A stretch of DNA of 64,000 nucleotides from a virus, in the IMG/VR virus record IMGVR_UViG_3300011189_000006, positions 27,135 to 91,134 of that record, one strand, 5' to 3'. A program made the position numbers and the translations under genes. The notes beneath the pieces are model-generated. The model searched no databases and was not told the origin of the DNA. It saw only the letters and a list, made by a program, of their open reading frames with translations. Below, piece after piece: positions 29,839-39,477 of this stretch (positions within the stretch are counted from its first letter, which is position 1; every line of letters begins with the position of its first letter).

Positions 29839-30141
29839 ATGAACATACATTTTTATTTAAATAACGAAGAAGAAACACCAATAACATCTTTACACGACTT
29901 AGTAAGCAACCCATTCTCATTAAATGATATAATTAATTTAGATGTAGAAGAACTTTATCCTGCTGATTACAATAAGTATAAAGAAGATTTTAGAAGAAAG
30001 ATGGTTGAAGATAGTGAAGAGTTCAAAAAAACCTTTAAAAGAAAAAGTGTTAAGTTGGTTAAAGAGGGTAAGTTTATGAATATGAAAATAATGTCAGAAA
30101 GCAAATTAATTATAGAGTATCATTGTGAATTAGTAGATTAG
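29839..30141 (+). CDS. Hypothetical protein
   Basis: ORF track. Confidence 0.7.
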   Translation: MNIHFYLNNEEETPITSLHDLVSNPFSLNDIINLDVEELYPADYNKYKEDFRRKMVEDSEEFKKTFKRKSVKLVKEGKFMNMKIMSESKLIIEYHCELVD

Positions 30142-30216
30142 GTATGCTGATAATAACCATTGGTTTATAAACGAGACTCCTAGAGTACAGTATTAATAAT
30201 TATACAAACTTTAAAA

Positions 30217-30441
30217 ATGAGAATAGCTAAGATAGCAAATGAAGGCAATGTATATGAATTAACTAGATATCCAAATTTTATAGAAAGGTTTTTTGGTATA
30301 AAGACAAGAACTGATGTATATGAAGACACAGGAGATTCATATAGTTATGGTGGTAGAATATATGTTGATCAGAAGGGAATAAAAATAAGAAATGGATCTG
30401 AAGTCCAACAAATTATTGAATATTGGAGACGTAGATTATAG
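30217..30441 (+). CDS. Hypothetical protein
   Basis: ORF track. Confidence 0.6.
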   Translation: MRIAKIANEGNVYELTRYPNFIERFFGIKTRTDVYEDTGDSYSYGGRIYVDQKGIKIRNGSEVQQIIEYWRRRL

Positions 30442-30691
30442 TAATTATACAACAAACTTATATATCATGAGAAAAGCTAATAATACAAAGAAAATATTTA
30501 CAGACTATTATTTAAATGGTTTTAGATGGTATAGAAAATGTCGCAAAGTTAATTGGTATAAGCATCAATTTACGAAAGATGCTTTAGAACTATCACCAAA
30601 CTTTACTGGTACTTGGTGGGTTTTGTATGGGAAGGTAAATAGATATAGCAAAGTCACCAAAGAAGAAAAATGGTAATATAACAGAGAAAGT

Positions 30692-30910
30692 ATGAACAAA
30701 ACATTAAGATTAGCAGCAGAAAACATTTTAAAGAATTTACTTCTTGAATGCACAGAAGATCAGAAAACAATATTTAAGCGTATGTATTGTCACAAAAACT
30801 TAGAGTTACCGATAAATGATGCAGTTGATCAAATATCAGATGATAAAATTGATTGGGCTATCACACAGTGCGAAAGAAGCGTAGTTAAAAACAGAGCATC
30901 AATAATTTAA
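30692..30910 (+). CDS. Hypothetical protein
   Basis: ORF track. Confidence 0.65.
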   Translation: MNKTLRLAAENILKNLLLECTEDQKTIFKRMYCHKNLELPINDAVDQISDDKIDWAITQCERSVVKNRASII

Positions 30911-30997
30911 ATAAAATTTATTGTTTTTCGTAGTTTTAACCAATTAGTAGTTGTATATTTGTCTATATTAAATAATTAAAAGAAAGAAGTGATAATT

Positions 30998-31200
30998 AAA
31001 CTCTTTTGATTGAAGATAAACTAGGATGTTAAAACCGTCAGTACTCATTAGAGCACTGTTTAGCGTTTGTCTACCCGAATCTGTATCAGCAGTTGTTTTA
31101 TTAGAGATATGTAAAGAATAATAGTGTATCGCCCTGCGAAGTCAGTTTAAAAGCTAAAGCTATTTGATACATTCTAGAGTGATACTAGTCAGAAGAGTTT
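30998..31200 (+). ncRNA. ~200-nt rod-shaped structured RNA (6S-like architecture, unassigned)
   Basis: 14-bp closing stem 30998-31011/31187-31200; 9-bp stem 31021-29/31169-77; stem 31059-68/31149-58; TATATTTG promoter at 30954. Confidence 0.6.
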
Positions 31201-31273
31201 TTATTAAAATAATTAACCCTTTAATTAAAAGTAAATAATAATTTAAGTAATCACGTACTGGATATGGATGTAG

Positions 31274-31512
31274 TACTTACTACCTGACCTATTAAAAGCC
31301 AAATAGACAACGTGTTGGCAAATTATTATACTGTTTATCAGCAGTTGTGTTTATTTTTATGATGTTTAACTAGCTTTGAAAGCAAAACATCCCAAGTGAT
31401 GCTGGTTTTGAAGAGGCTATATAATTACTTACAAAGTAATAAAACTCGTACTGACTCTTAACTGAGAAGTACATGTATATATAAAAGGCAGGTAAAGATC
31501 CTGAAGTAAGTA
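31274..31512 (+). ncRNA. ~240-nt multibranch structured RNA (unassigned)
   Basis: tacttac/gtaagta and tacctg/caggta closing stems. Internal hairpins gccaa/ttggc, gatgttt/aaacatc, attactt/aagtaat and gtact/agtac. Confidence 0.5.
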
Positions 31513-31535
31513 ATTTTTTATTAAAATTAAATATT

Positions 31536-31664
31536 ATGAATATAAAGGGAATGTTAATATATGTAGGATCAGCAATTATACTTTTTATAATATGTTGTTT
31601 AATAGACAGGTATGGTAATAAGCCCGATAAACCTACTCCTCCTGGATTTAGATGGGGGGATTGA
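31536..31664 (+). CDS. Possible 42-aa single-TM peptide (MNIKGMLIYVGSAIILFIICC...)
   Basis: ATG after an A/T-rich leader; hydrophobic stretch; overlaps the next RNA-like element. Confidence 0.4.
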   Translation: MNIKGMLIYVGSAIILFIICCLIDRYGNKPDKPTPPGFRWGD

Positions 31665-31776
31665 AGGAAACCGTTAAGCCTTGAATACGGTGTGATTAAA
31701 TTAAATAGTCCCAAAACAGATAAACTCCTAGATGAGGTAATGTAATAAGAGGTTAATCACTAAAGATAGGTAGGTT
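31630..31776 (+). ncRNA. Four-way-junction structured element
   Basis: aacctac/gtaggtt enclosing tcctcc/ggggga, accgt/acggt and gtgattaa/ttaatcac. Confidence 0.45.
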
Positions 31777-31781
31777 ATAAG

Positions 31782-31910
31782 ATGTAGTATTAAGTTAATC
31801 AATCGTCTATATAGTAGGATAGTTAGCTAACAGCGTACAGAAATGGGTGCAAGTACCATTTGGTTATTAAATAAGAAATTAGGAGTCGAAATCTTTAGTT
31901 AATACTACAT
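31782..31910 (+). ncRNA. Degenerate tRNA-like cloverleaf (31796-31866) enclosed by a perfect 12-bp stem
   Basis: Acceptor TAATCAA/TTGGTTA, D stem GTCT/GGAT, T arm ATGGG-TGCAAGT-ACCAT with canonical spacing. Anticodon stem mismatched, no CCA. Clamp atgtagtattaa/ttaatactacat. Confidence 0.6.
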
Positions 31911-31921
31911 ATTATATTTAT

Positions 31922-32039
31922 TAAGTGTACCAACTAATTGTAATAAGGTTGGAAGTAATAATAGGGAAATAGCTAGTTACTCAGCCCGAACTCAATTGGG
32001 GGATTTTGCCAAGAGGTTATGAAAAACAAAATACACTTA
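31922..32039 (+). ncRNA. ~120-nt multibranch structured element
   Basis: taagtgta/tacactta closing stem; ccaac/gttgg and agtaat/gttact arms. Confidence 0.45.
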
Positions 32040-32128
32040 GGCAAACAATTTACAGAAAAAAGACAATCAGTGACACGCATTAGACGAAACGTAGTAGAAT
32101 TTTGATTCTAGCGACATTATCTTTTTAT

Positions 32129-32210
32129 CCATTTGTAGTAGTGATAACCCGAACAAAGCTAAAGTACACAAAAGGTTATAGGCGATGTACGCTACTACAG
32201 ATGGTTTTTT
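32129..32210 (+). ncRNA. ~76-nt element with 15-bp closing stem followed by a T-run
   Basis: ccatttgtagtagtg/cgctactacagatgg; inner ataacc/ggttat. Confidence 0.5.
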
Positions 32211-32234
32211 AATAAATATATAGTATAAGTTATA

Positions 32235-32747
32235 TTAGTGGGGTTCTACTTCCTCAATGTCAACTATTTTCAATCCTCTATCATCAATTATTGCAATTTC
32301 ATACTCATCTGGGTATTCAGCTCTATTACCTAATGTTGAAGACATATCAATATTTTCTGATGACATTTCAATAGTTACAATGAACCACTTTTTAGTTTCT
32401 TCTCCGTAACGGTGTAAAAAAGACTCTACAAAATCATAATCATCATACATATCTTTATCACCTACAAAAGATTTACCTAAATCTTCTTTGTTTATATCAT
32501 CAATACTATCAACATTCAATAATCTATAAAGGATGACTGTATTTGGAATGTCTTGTATTCCATATGGGAAATCAGTATTACAGAAATCATTTAATCTATC
32601 AAGAATTTCATAATAATCACCATATGGACCACCCTTTACCTCATCGTGATAATATTTATTTGCGTAGTCAAGTGCTATTTCATTATAGTCATCTTCATCA
32701 AAATTTTCATCATAGTCTTCAAATAATTTTAAATACTTCATTATCAC
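32235..32747 (-). CDS. Putative ADP-ribosyltransferase-fold protein with capsid-targeting-like N-terminus
   Basis: LYR...GKSF...DEYEI (R-S-ExE spacing); MKYLKLFED. Confidence 0.45.
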   Translation of the reverse strand: MIMKYLKLFEDYDENFDEDDYNEIALDYANKYYHDEVKGGPYGDYYEILDRLNDFCNTDFPYGIQDIPNTVILYRLLNVDSIDDINKEDLGKSFVGDKDMYDDYDFVESFLHRYGEETKKWFIVTIEMSSENIDMSSTLGNRAEYPDEYEIAIIDDRGLKIVDIEEVEPH

Positions 32748-32858
32748 AATATTTTTTATAACCTATATATTAATTTAGTTAAACCCATGTTAAATCATTG
32801 AAGAAACAAACATGCATATCTTTACACAGAGTAATTATTAAACAACATACAAAATAAA

Positions 32859-33062
32859 ATGAAAAAATTAGTTAGAGCCTTACAAATTTTTAACAGATAC
32901 ACAGATAGTGAGTTTCCTACTAGTTGTGTACACAATCAGATGTTCGTACATGTTGATCCAAAACAAGTCAATAATTCAGATATAATAGAGTTGGAAAGTA
33001 TTGGCTTTGAAGTAGATTATGGACTAGAGTGCTTTGTATCTAATAAGTATGGAAGTTGTTGA
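32859..33062 (+). CDS. Hypothetical protein
   Basis: ORF track. Confidence 0.65.
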   Translation: MKKLVRALQIFNRYTDSEFPTSCVHNQMFVHVDPKQVNNSDIIELESIGFEVDYGLECFVSNKYGSC

Positions 33063-33119
33063 TATTAGTGTATAGATAAGACAAGATGGCTAAATATAAT
33101 ATTAATCAGAAATAAAAAA

Positions 33120-33326
33120 ATGGATAACAACGAATTAGAAAGAATTAGCGATTTGATATGGTCTACATTAAACGCAGTAGATAATCAAGATTTGAGCAAA
33201 GATGAACAAATTGATTTGATTAAACCAATAATAAGGGAATGTCATAGTTCTTCAAGAAAACTCGGAAGGAGACAAATATTAAACCATCTAGATGAAGAGA
33301 TTAATCATCTACGCAAAGATGTATAA
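33120..33326 (+). CDS. Hypothetical protein
   Basis: ORF track. Confidence 0.6.
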   Translation: MDNNELERISDLIWSTLNAVDNQDLSKDEQIDLIKPIIRECHSSSRKLGRRQILNHLDEEINHLRKDV

Positions 33327-33397
33327 TAAATATTATACACAAATAACAAAAACCCTTTTTAGTTAAAAACTTTAAGTGTTTTTATTATATAATCCAT

Positions 33398-33796
33398 ATG
33401 AGTAAGATATTAGCACATGTACCATCAAGGTTCGAAGACCTAATGATAACGAATTACCATCTTCTAGCAATTGATGCTAAAACAGGTGAAATATTTAGAT
33501 TTCCATTAGATAGTGATTATGAGTGGTTTATTGGTAGTAAAAATTATATTGATGGTTTGATAGAGGTTAAGTTATTAAAAAATAAGATAAAAAAGAAAAA
33601 CATATTCTGTATGCTTGGCACACATAACTATGAAAATGTTGGTGTACAAAAGGCAAGGGGTTTATATAATAGTTTTGACCCAATAACTAGAAAAGTTCAA
33701 GAATGTACTATTTGTGGTAAATATATGTATATGTATAATAAAGACGTAAAGTCTTTTAAAGGCTTAGATTTAGAGTGGATTTATATTAAAACATAG
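33398..33796 (+). CDS. Hypothetical protein with C-terminal C..G.H...C..CG zinc motif
   Basis: FCMLGTHNY...CTICG. Confidence 0.6.
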   Translation: MSKILAHVPSRFEDLMITNYHLLAIDAKTGEIFRFPLDSDYEWFIGSKNYIDGLIEVKLLKNKIKKKNIFCMLGTHNYENVGVQKARGLYNSFDPITRKVQECTICGKYMYMYNKDVKSFKGLDLEWIYIKT

Positions 33797-33816
33797 TATT
33801 TTTTAATATATAGTCT

Positions 33817-34293
33817 ATGGAAAGAATATTAAAATACTATGATTTTATAAATGAAAGTTATGAATTTAAAAACACAACAAGAGACCTCTATGACACAGCA
33901 GTTTCATATACATTCACAAATAGAGATAATATCGAATTTAGAGTAATATTTGAATTAAAAGATTATACATGGTGTAGAGTATATGGTATAGTTGGTGCTA
34001 AACAATTTAGAGAATTAGATAAACCAGATGCGATAAATGTTGTGAAAACAGTTACTGAGATAACCATCGATTTCATCAATAGGTATGATCCAAAAATAAT
34101 ATTGATAGAACACATACCCTCTGAATCAGAAAAAGATGACGAACTCTATAGACCAAGTGATGAAAACAAAAGAACTAGAGTCCATAGAAGATTTTTACTA
34201 CGTCTTTTACCCAAAAATTATAAATATTCTAATGAAGGCCCAAGTTCTATGATAACTAGAATAGAAGATCAAAACAAAGAATACCATGAATAA
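33817..34293 (+). CDS. Hypothetical protein, paralog 1, capsid-targeting-like N-terminus
   Basis: Shares YTFTNRDNI.F.VIF, KPD.INV..T.T.ITIDF and RRFL with the next ORF. Confidence 0.8.
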   Translation: MERILKYYDFINESYEFKNTTRDLYDTAVSYTFTNRDNIEFRVIFELKDYTWCRVYGIVGAKQFRELDKPDAINVVKTVTEITIDFINRYDPKIILIEHIPSESEKDDELYRPSDENKRTRVHRRFLLRLLPKNYKYSNEGPSSMITRIEDQNKEYHE

Positions 34294-34738
34294 CTTAATT
34301 AAATATTACGAGTTTATATCGGAGAAGTATAATTTTGAGATTATAAACAATCCCTCACCTTTCCGTATCCAATATACTTTTACTAATAGAGACAATATAA
34401 AATTTAATGTAATTTTCACACAATTTAGTAAGTACTGGGAGCGTGAATACTCTACTACATTAGATACTCCATTTGCAATGCTTGAAAAACCTGATTCCAT
34501 AAATGTAATAGCTACTATCACTGCAATAACTATTGATTTTTTAAATAAAAATAAACCAAATGTTATAATTATACCACACATATCTAGCAAAAAAGAAAAA
34601 GAAAAAAATAACTATGATCCATATTCTGAAAATCAAAGACTCATAGCAAACAGAAGGTTCTTAACAAGGGAATTGCCTAGTGATTATATGTATACCAACG
34701 ATGGGAGTAGTTCTATAATAACTAAGAGAACTTCTTAG
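34286..34738 (+). CDS. Hypothetical protein, paralog 2, capsid-targeting-like N-terminus
   Basis: Tandem paralog of 33817..34293. Confidence 0.8.
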   Translation: MNNLIKYYEFISEKYNFEIINNPSPFRIQYTFTNRDNIKFNVIFTQFSKYWEREYSTTLDTPFAMLEKPDSINVIATITAITIDFLNKNKPNVIIIPHISSKKEKEKNNYDPYSENQRLIANRRFLTRELPSDYMYTNDGSSSIITKRTS

Positions 34739-35414
34739 CCTTTTCTTCAAGATCTTTAAGATTAGTCTTATATGGATTTTCTTTTATCATATTATGTGCA
34801 TGTATAGTATTACTAACTAAAAAATATGCCCCCTTATTTGTATAAAGGTGTTTCTCACCACCAGCCTCTATATACGAAGCACCTGGACCAGCATCACCTA
34901 CCCAATAACAATCTGCATTAGGTGGTATTGTACAACCCAAGTGTGCAAGATTGAAAAGTGTTATTGAAGCAACACCATGTACACCATCCTCATTACCAGT
35001 TATGACAACACCACCAACTTTTCCATATAGTTTGGGTTGACCTAAGTCATTAGTATCTGAATAAGCACCTATCATTCTCTCAAATATAATTTGTGTGATT
35101 GATGTTCTTTCACCAAACCATATAGCGGTTCCTATTAATATGATATCAGCATCTAGCATTTTCTGATAAATTTCTGGAAACTTATCATCTTCTGATATCT
35201 TATCAACCGTATTACCAAAGTCCATTTTATATTTTGCTACTCTAACTATTTCAACCTCTACATCTTGGTCATGATCCTCATATGCTTGTTCTACTCTTTT
35301 TAGGAGTGCATCAGTATTAGACTCACCACTCTCTTTTAGCGTACAGTTCAACATAAGGACTTTTGTTTTGTCATTATTTACATCTTCTCTAAAGTATTCT
35401 ATGAATTTTTTCAT
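34722..35414 (-). CDS. Flavodoxin-like / NADPH-dependent FMN reductase family
   Basis: NCTLK...SNT, ADIILIGTAIWFG, GKVGGVVITGNEDG. Confidence 0.85.
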   Translation of the reverse strand: MKKFIEYFREDVNNDKTKVLMLNCTLKESGESNTDALLKRVEQAYEDHDQDVEVEIVRVAKYKMDFGNTVDKISEDDKFPEIYQKMLDADIILIGTAIWFGERTSITQIIFERMIGAYSDTNDLGQPKLYGKVGGVVITGNEDGVHGVASITLFNLAHLGCTIPPNADCYWVGDAGPGASYIEAGGEKHLYTNKGAYFLVSNTIHAHNMIKENPYKTNLKDLEEKAKKFS

Positions 35415-35478
35415 ACTCTATATATTAATTTTTTAGTAGTTAAAACATTATATTAATTTTATATATAGAAGAAAAAAA

Positions 35479-35709
35479 ATGTTAGATTTTATTGGATGGG
35501 TTGCAACAATTTTAATAATAATATCATTTATATTCAGAGACATATATAAATTAAGGCTATTTAGTATGATAGGAGCTTTCTTATGGATTGTATATGGTAT
35601 CATGGCTAATGCTTATCCAATTATAATTTTAAACGTTGTAGTGGCAATTATACAAGTTTATTGGCTTAATAGAATAAAAAGAGATAAAAAGTTAGATTGT
35701 TCTAAATAA
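35479..35709 (+). CDS. Small 3-TM membrane protein (YgjV/PQ-loop-like)
   Basis: IGWVAT...LRL...GA.LWIVYG...YPII.LN. Confidence 0.65.
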   Translation: MLDFIGWVATILIIISFIFRDIYKLRLFSMIGAFLWIVYGIMANAYPIIILNVVVAIIQVYWLNRIKRDKKLDCSK

Positions 35710-35880
35710 TGTTTAGATATAAACAACAATTTAAGTCATGTACTAACATCTGATGGAATATGTCGTGGTATGAACATCCCAAATACAAACACATCACGCA
35801 CAATTAGTGAGTGGATGCAAATTCTATTGGAATAACTAAAGCCTATTCAGATACTAACGACTATTCCATTAATTGATATT

Positions 35881-36273
35881 TTAAAATTGGGATATGAAGT
35901 ATATCGACATAGAGATATAACTAATTAATAAGATAACAAAGACTATGTTTTCGTATTTTTTAAGCGTTTTATCAATTATATTACTACTATCAGATAGATA
36001 ACTTATTTTATTACCACGTAGTAAATTAATTGTTGAGTTTAATAGGAACATTCTGCTTATACCCATATAGAATAAGAATATAAAAGCATCAATAGAGAAG
36101 TAGAAAATAAGGTATGATACTAGCGACCAGATAAGTACATTATATACAAAATCTACTTTATGCCACATTTTCATATATACATATTTGTGTGCACTACTTG
36201 ACTTCCATACATAATAGTCCTGCAAACCCTCTATTATAAATATTACCGATATTATTGCTATTATTATTTCCAT
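35881..36273 (-). CDS. Membrane protein
   Basis: Multiple hydrophobic segments. Confidence 0.65.
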   Translation of the reverse strand: MEIIIAIISVIFIIEGLQDYYVWKSSSAHKYVYMKMWHKVDFVYNVLIWSLVSYLIFYFSIDAFIFLFYMGISRMFLLNSTINLLRGNKISYLSDSSNIIDKTLKKYENIVFVILLISYISMSIYFISQF

Positions 36274-36317
36274 TTTTATTATATTTTTTATAAAGATACA
36301 ACTAAATATTTAATTCC

Positions 36318-36671
36318 TTACTTTTTATTGAAAATATATTTAACCCATGCAAACCTTTTTCGATTATCTAAATAATCAAAATCCTTCTCATTTTTATATG
36401 CTTCTATCTCAAAAGATATATTTCTATAAGCACCTTGCCCAGATCCAAATATGAACAGTCCAAAAAAGTACTCTAATATATAAACGATATAGAATAAAAT
36501 GACTAGCATTTCTTCTTGTTGTTTTATATGTATTTTCTCGTGGTTTAGTGTTTTAACAGTAGAATAAGACCTTAAAATAATATAAGGATATAATGTTATT
36601 CCACCTATTTTCATAAACCAACTAAGATTGTCTAGAATTTTGTTTGATCGAATAACGATTGGTATCTTCAT
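36318..36671 (-). CDS. HExxH zincin-like small protein
   Basis: GITLYP, HEKIH..QQ.E, ISFEIEAY. Confidence 0.65.
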   Translation of the reverse strand: MKIPIVIRSNKILDNLSWFMKIGGITLYPYIILRSYSTVKTLNHEKIHIKQQEEMLVILFYIVYILEYFFGLFIFGSGQGAYRNISFEIEAYKNEKDFDYLDNRKRFAWVKYIFNKK

Positions 36672-36798
36672 ATTTTTTGTTTATTATTATATATTATTTA
36701 CGTAAAATGTAAATTATTTTAATATATTTGTAGCAGATTAAATTGTACGCATTTAAATAATAAGACTAAAATTAATATATAATAATAAACAAAAAAAT

Positions 36799-36975
36799 AT
36801 GGATAAGAAAACAAAAGAGGTGCTAGACAAGTTAAGACTACCAATCCACTATACTTTTATAGCAAATTATATATTAAAAAGAGATGAAAAGTATACCTTA
36901 TTATTTTTAAAAGAATTAGAAAATCTTGGATATATTAAGGAACACTCTGCTGGTGGATACTATGTAGCCGTATAA
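36799..36975 (+). CDS. Small protein, possibly winged-helix (58 aa)
   Basis: MDKKTKEVLDKL...LKELENLGYIKE; TTAATATATA upstream. Confidence 0.5.
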   Translation: MDKKTKEVLDKLRLPIHYTFIANYILKRDEKYTLLFLKELENLGYIKEHSAGGYYVAV

Positions 36976-36993
36976 ATACTTTATATATACAAT

Positions 36994-37824
36994 ATGATGA
37001 GAATATTATTTATGTTGTTGATTATTAGTATATTATACTCGTGTTCTGTTTTTAAAAAAAAAGACATAGAAGTTTACACTAAATCTAGTTATATAACATA
37101 CACACCATTAGAACTCCCTATCTTAAAAAGTAATAGAACAGAAGAAGATGGTATGATTTTTATAGAAGAAGCAATGTTAACACACGAACCAGTGCTTCTA
37201 TCTGAACCAATTCACTTATTAGTATCACCAAAAGCCTCTGGTAAAAAAGAGAATTTAATAGATATAAATAATAAAATAGACACCTCTTTGGTAAAATATG
37301 ATGATATTGGAATAATAGCTTATAATGTTCCTAAAAAATTCAAGGTGAATGAATATTCTACAATAAAGCTAAGAATATCCAAATCAGATGATGCCATTGC
37401 TATTGTTGGTGGGAATAGAGGTATATCCATAATAGGTAAAAATTCTAAAGATAAAGTTATTTTAGAGTCTATAAAAATAGATGATATAATGACTGCCATA
37501 CTATATAGTGATAATGATTCTGCTATAATAGAACTTGTTAATAAGAACGAGACACAGAATATACACAAAAATGGATACACAGAATGGATTTGGCGAATAA
37601 AACCACTTAATGATAAGCCAAATTACCTAAAACTTATAGTAAGTATATCTGGTAGGGATATAGTAGTTTACGAGAAAACAATACCAGTAGATGGTGATTT
37701 TTGGTTTGAATCAACTTCGTGGTTAGAAAAGTGGTGGGAAGTTTTAGCCACCACTCTAATAATACCCATCGTTATACCTATTTTTATTTATTATAAAAGG
37801 AAATCAAACAAAGAGAGGTCTTGA
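36994..37824 (+). CDS. Lipoprotein with C-terminal TM anchor
   Basis: Signal peptide with LYSC lipobox; C-terminal hydrophobic helix followed by KRK. Confidence 0.65.
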   Translation: MMRILFMLLIISILYSCSVFKKKDIEVYTKSSYITYTPLELPILKSNRTEEDGMIFIEEAMLTHEPVLLSEPIHLLVSPKASGKKENLIDINNKIDTSLVKYDDIGIIAYNVPKKFKVNEYSTIKLRISKSDDAIAIVGGNRGISIIGKNSKDKVILESIKIDDIMTAILYSDNDSAIIELVNKNETQNIHKNGYTEWIWRIKPLNDKPNYLKLIVSISGRDIVVYEKTIPVDGDFWFESTSWLEKWWEVLATTLIIPIVIPIFIYYKRKSNKERS

Positions 37825-39072
37825 AGACATCATCTCGTTTACCTGTTTTTTAACTTCACTTATAGTATATTCGTCATCGATGTTACAAAGAACAACATCT
37901 ATTAAATAAACTATCTTTACCATATCTTTTTCTACTAAGCCTCTTGTAGTAACTGCTGGTGTACCTATCCTTATACCAGAGGTTACAAACGGAGATTTAG
38001 TATCGAATGGTATCATATTCTTATTAACTGTTATATCAGCACTCTCTAGAGCCTTTTCTGCTTCCTTACCATTGATATTTTTATTATTTAAATCTATAAG
38101 AACCATATGATTATCAGTTCCACCAGATACTATATTATATCCTTTTAAAATAAACTCATCTGATAATTTCTTAGAGTTTTTAATAACTTGTTTTTGATAC
38201 TCTACATACTTAGGAGTAAGTGCTTCACCAAAGGCTATGGCTTTACCAGCTATGATGTGTTCTAATGGACCACCTTGTGTACCAGGGAATATAGATGAAT
38301 CAAGTATTGACGACATTTTTTTAAAATCCCCATTTTTAAGTTTTATACCAAATGGATTTTCAAAATCTTTACCCATTAATATAATACCACCTCTTGGTCC
38401 TCTTATCGTTTTATGTGTAGTTGATGTTATTATATGACAATGGTTAACTGGGCTTTTTAAAAGACCAGCAGCTATAAGACCAGAAGGATGAGCCATATCT
38501 GCTAGAAGTATAGCACCAACTTTATCTGCAACTTCTCTGAAGAATTTATAATCTATTTCTCTAGAATAAGCAGATGCACCAGCTATTATTAATTTAGGTC
38601 TTTCTTTTAAAGCTATCCTCTCAACCTCTTTATAGTCTATAAGACCAGTATCTCTATCAACACCATAAAATAGTGGTGTATACAATTTACCAGAAAAATT
38701 AACAGATGATCCGTGAGTTAAATGACCACCATGTGCTAAGTCAAATCCTAATATCTTATCACCTGGATTTAAACAGACTGAAAAAACTGCGGTATTGGCC
38801 TGAGAACCAGAATGTGGTTGCACATTAACATATTCAACACCAAAGAGCTTCTTAGCTCTCTCAATCGCAAGTATTTCCACCTCATCTACTACCTGACACC
38901 CACCATAATAACGTTTACCTGGGTAGCCCTCAGCATACTTATTTGTCAAAACAGATCCACATGCATCCATAACATCTTGACTAGTAAAATTCTCACTTGC
39001 AATAAGCTCTAGGCTATTTACTTGTCTTTCTCTTTCCCTTTCAATTAATCTAAATATCTCTTTATCTTGCAT
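37804..39072 (-). CDS. glyA: Serine hydroxymethyltransferase
   Basis: [45 protein letters not shown]. Confidence 0.98.
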   Translation of the reverse strand: MQDKEIFRLIERERERQVNSLELIASENFTSQDVMDACGSVLTNKYAEGYPGKRYYGGCQVVDEVEILAIERAKKLFGVEYVNVQPHSGSQANTAVFSVCLNPGDKILGFDLAHGGHLTHGSSVNFSGKLYTPLFYGVDRDTGLIDYKEVERIALKERPKLIIAGASAYSREIDYKFFREVADKVGAILLADMAHPSGLIAAGLLKSPVNHCHIITSTTHKTIRGPRGGIILMGKDFENPFGIKLKNGDFKKMSSILDSSIFPGTQGGPLEHIIAGKAIAFGEALTPKYVEYQKQVIKNSKKLSDEFILKGYNIVSGGTDNHMVLIDLNNKNINGKEAEKALESADITVNKNMIPFDTKSPFVTSGIRIGTPAVTTRGLVEKDMVKIVYLIDVVLCNIDDEYTISEVKKQVNEMMSSRPLFV

Positions 39073-39107
39073 GTTTTTATTTTTATATATTATAGTCAGA
39101 AAACTAA

Positions 39108-39135
39108 AAAAGTCCTTAATTTCTTAAGGACTTTT
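39108..39135. terminator. Inverted repeat / terminator
   Basis: aaaagtccttaa-tttc-ttaaggactttt. Confidence 0.7.
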
Positions 39136-39150
39136 AATATAAATGTTATA

Positions 39151-39474
39151 CTAAGATGATTGCCCTATCCTATATGCAATGTCAAAATTGTGTCTTATTG
39201 CCATTTCTATATCAAAATCAGGTGGTAAGTTATTTGAATCATTTGCCATTTTAGTATACCAATCTTTCCAATCAGCTTGCTTTACAATTTCATATTTCTC
39301 ATTTTTGTTAACAATACCAAACTTTATGATTACACAATGTGGTGTTGGGAATTTAACGCTTATTGGGTTTATAACCAAGCTTTCCACATTCTTAGCTTTC
39401 ATAATAAAGATATCAGCTATTTTTTTATACATTCTATATAAAAATTTATTTCTTGAAATTTCAAATTGATCCAT
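39151..39474 (-). CDS. Hypothetical protein
   Basis: ORF track. Confidence 0.65.
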   Translation of the reverse strand: MDQFEISRNKFLYRMYKKIADIFIMKAKNVESLVINPISVKFPTPHCVIIKFGIVNKNEKYEIVKQADWKDWYTKMANDSNNLPPDFDIEMAIRHNFDIAYRIGQSS

Positions 39475-39477
39475 AGT

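Noticed and set aside
31370-31714. Minus-strand 114-aa ORF
   Set aside because: Non-ATG start, no motif or promoter, and it is antisense to the structured RNA-like elements.
32057-32126. Hammerhead ribozyme (CGAAAC present)
   Set aside because: No CUGAnGA core at the right spacing; kept only as part of the structured cassette.
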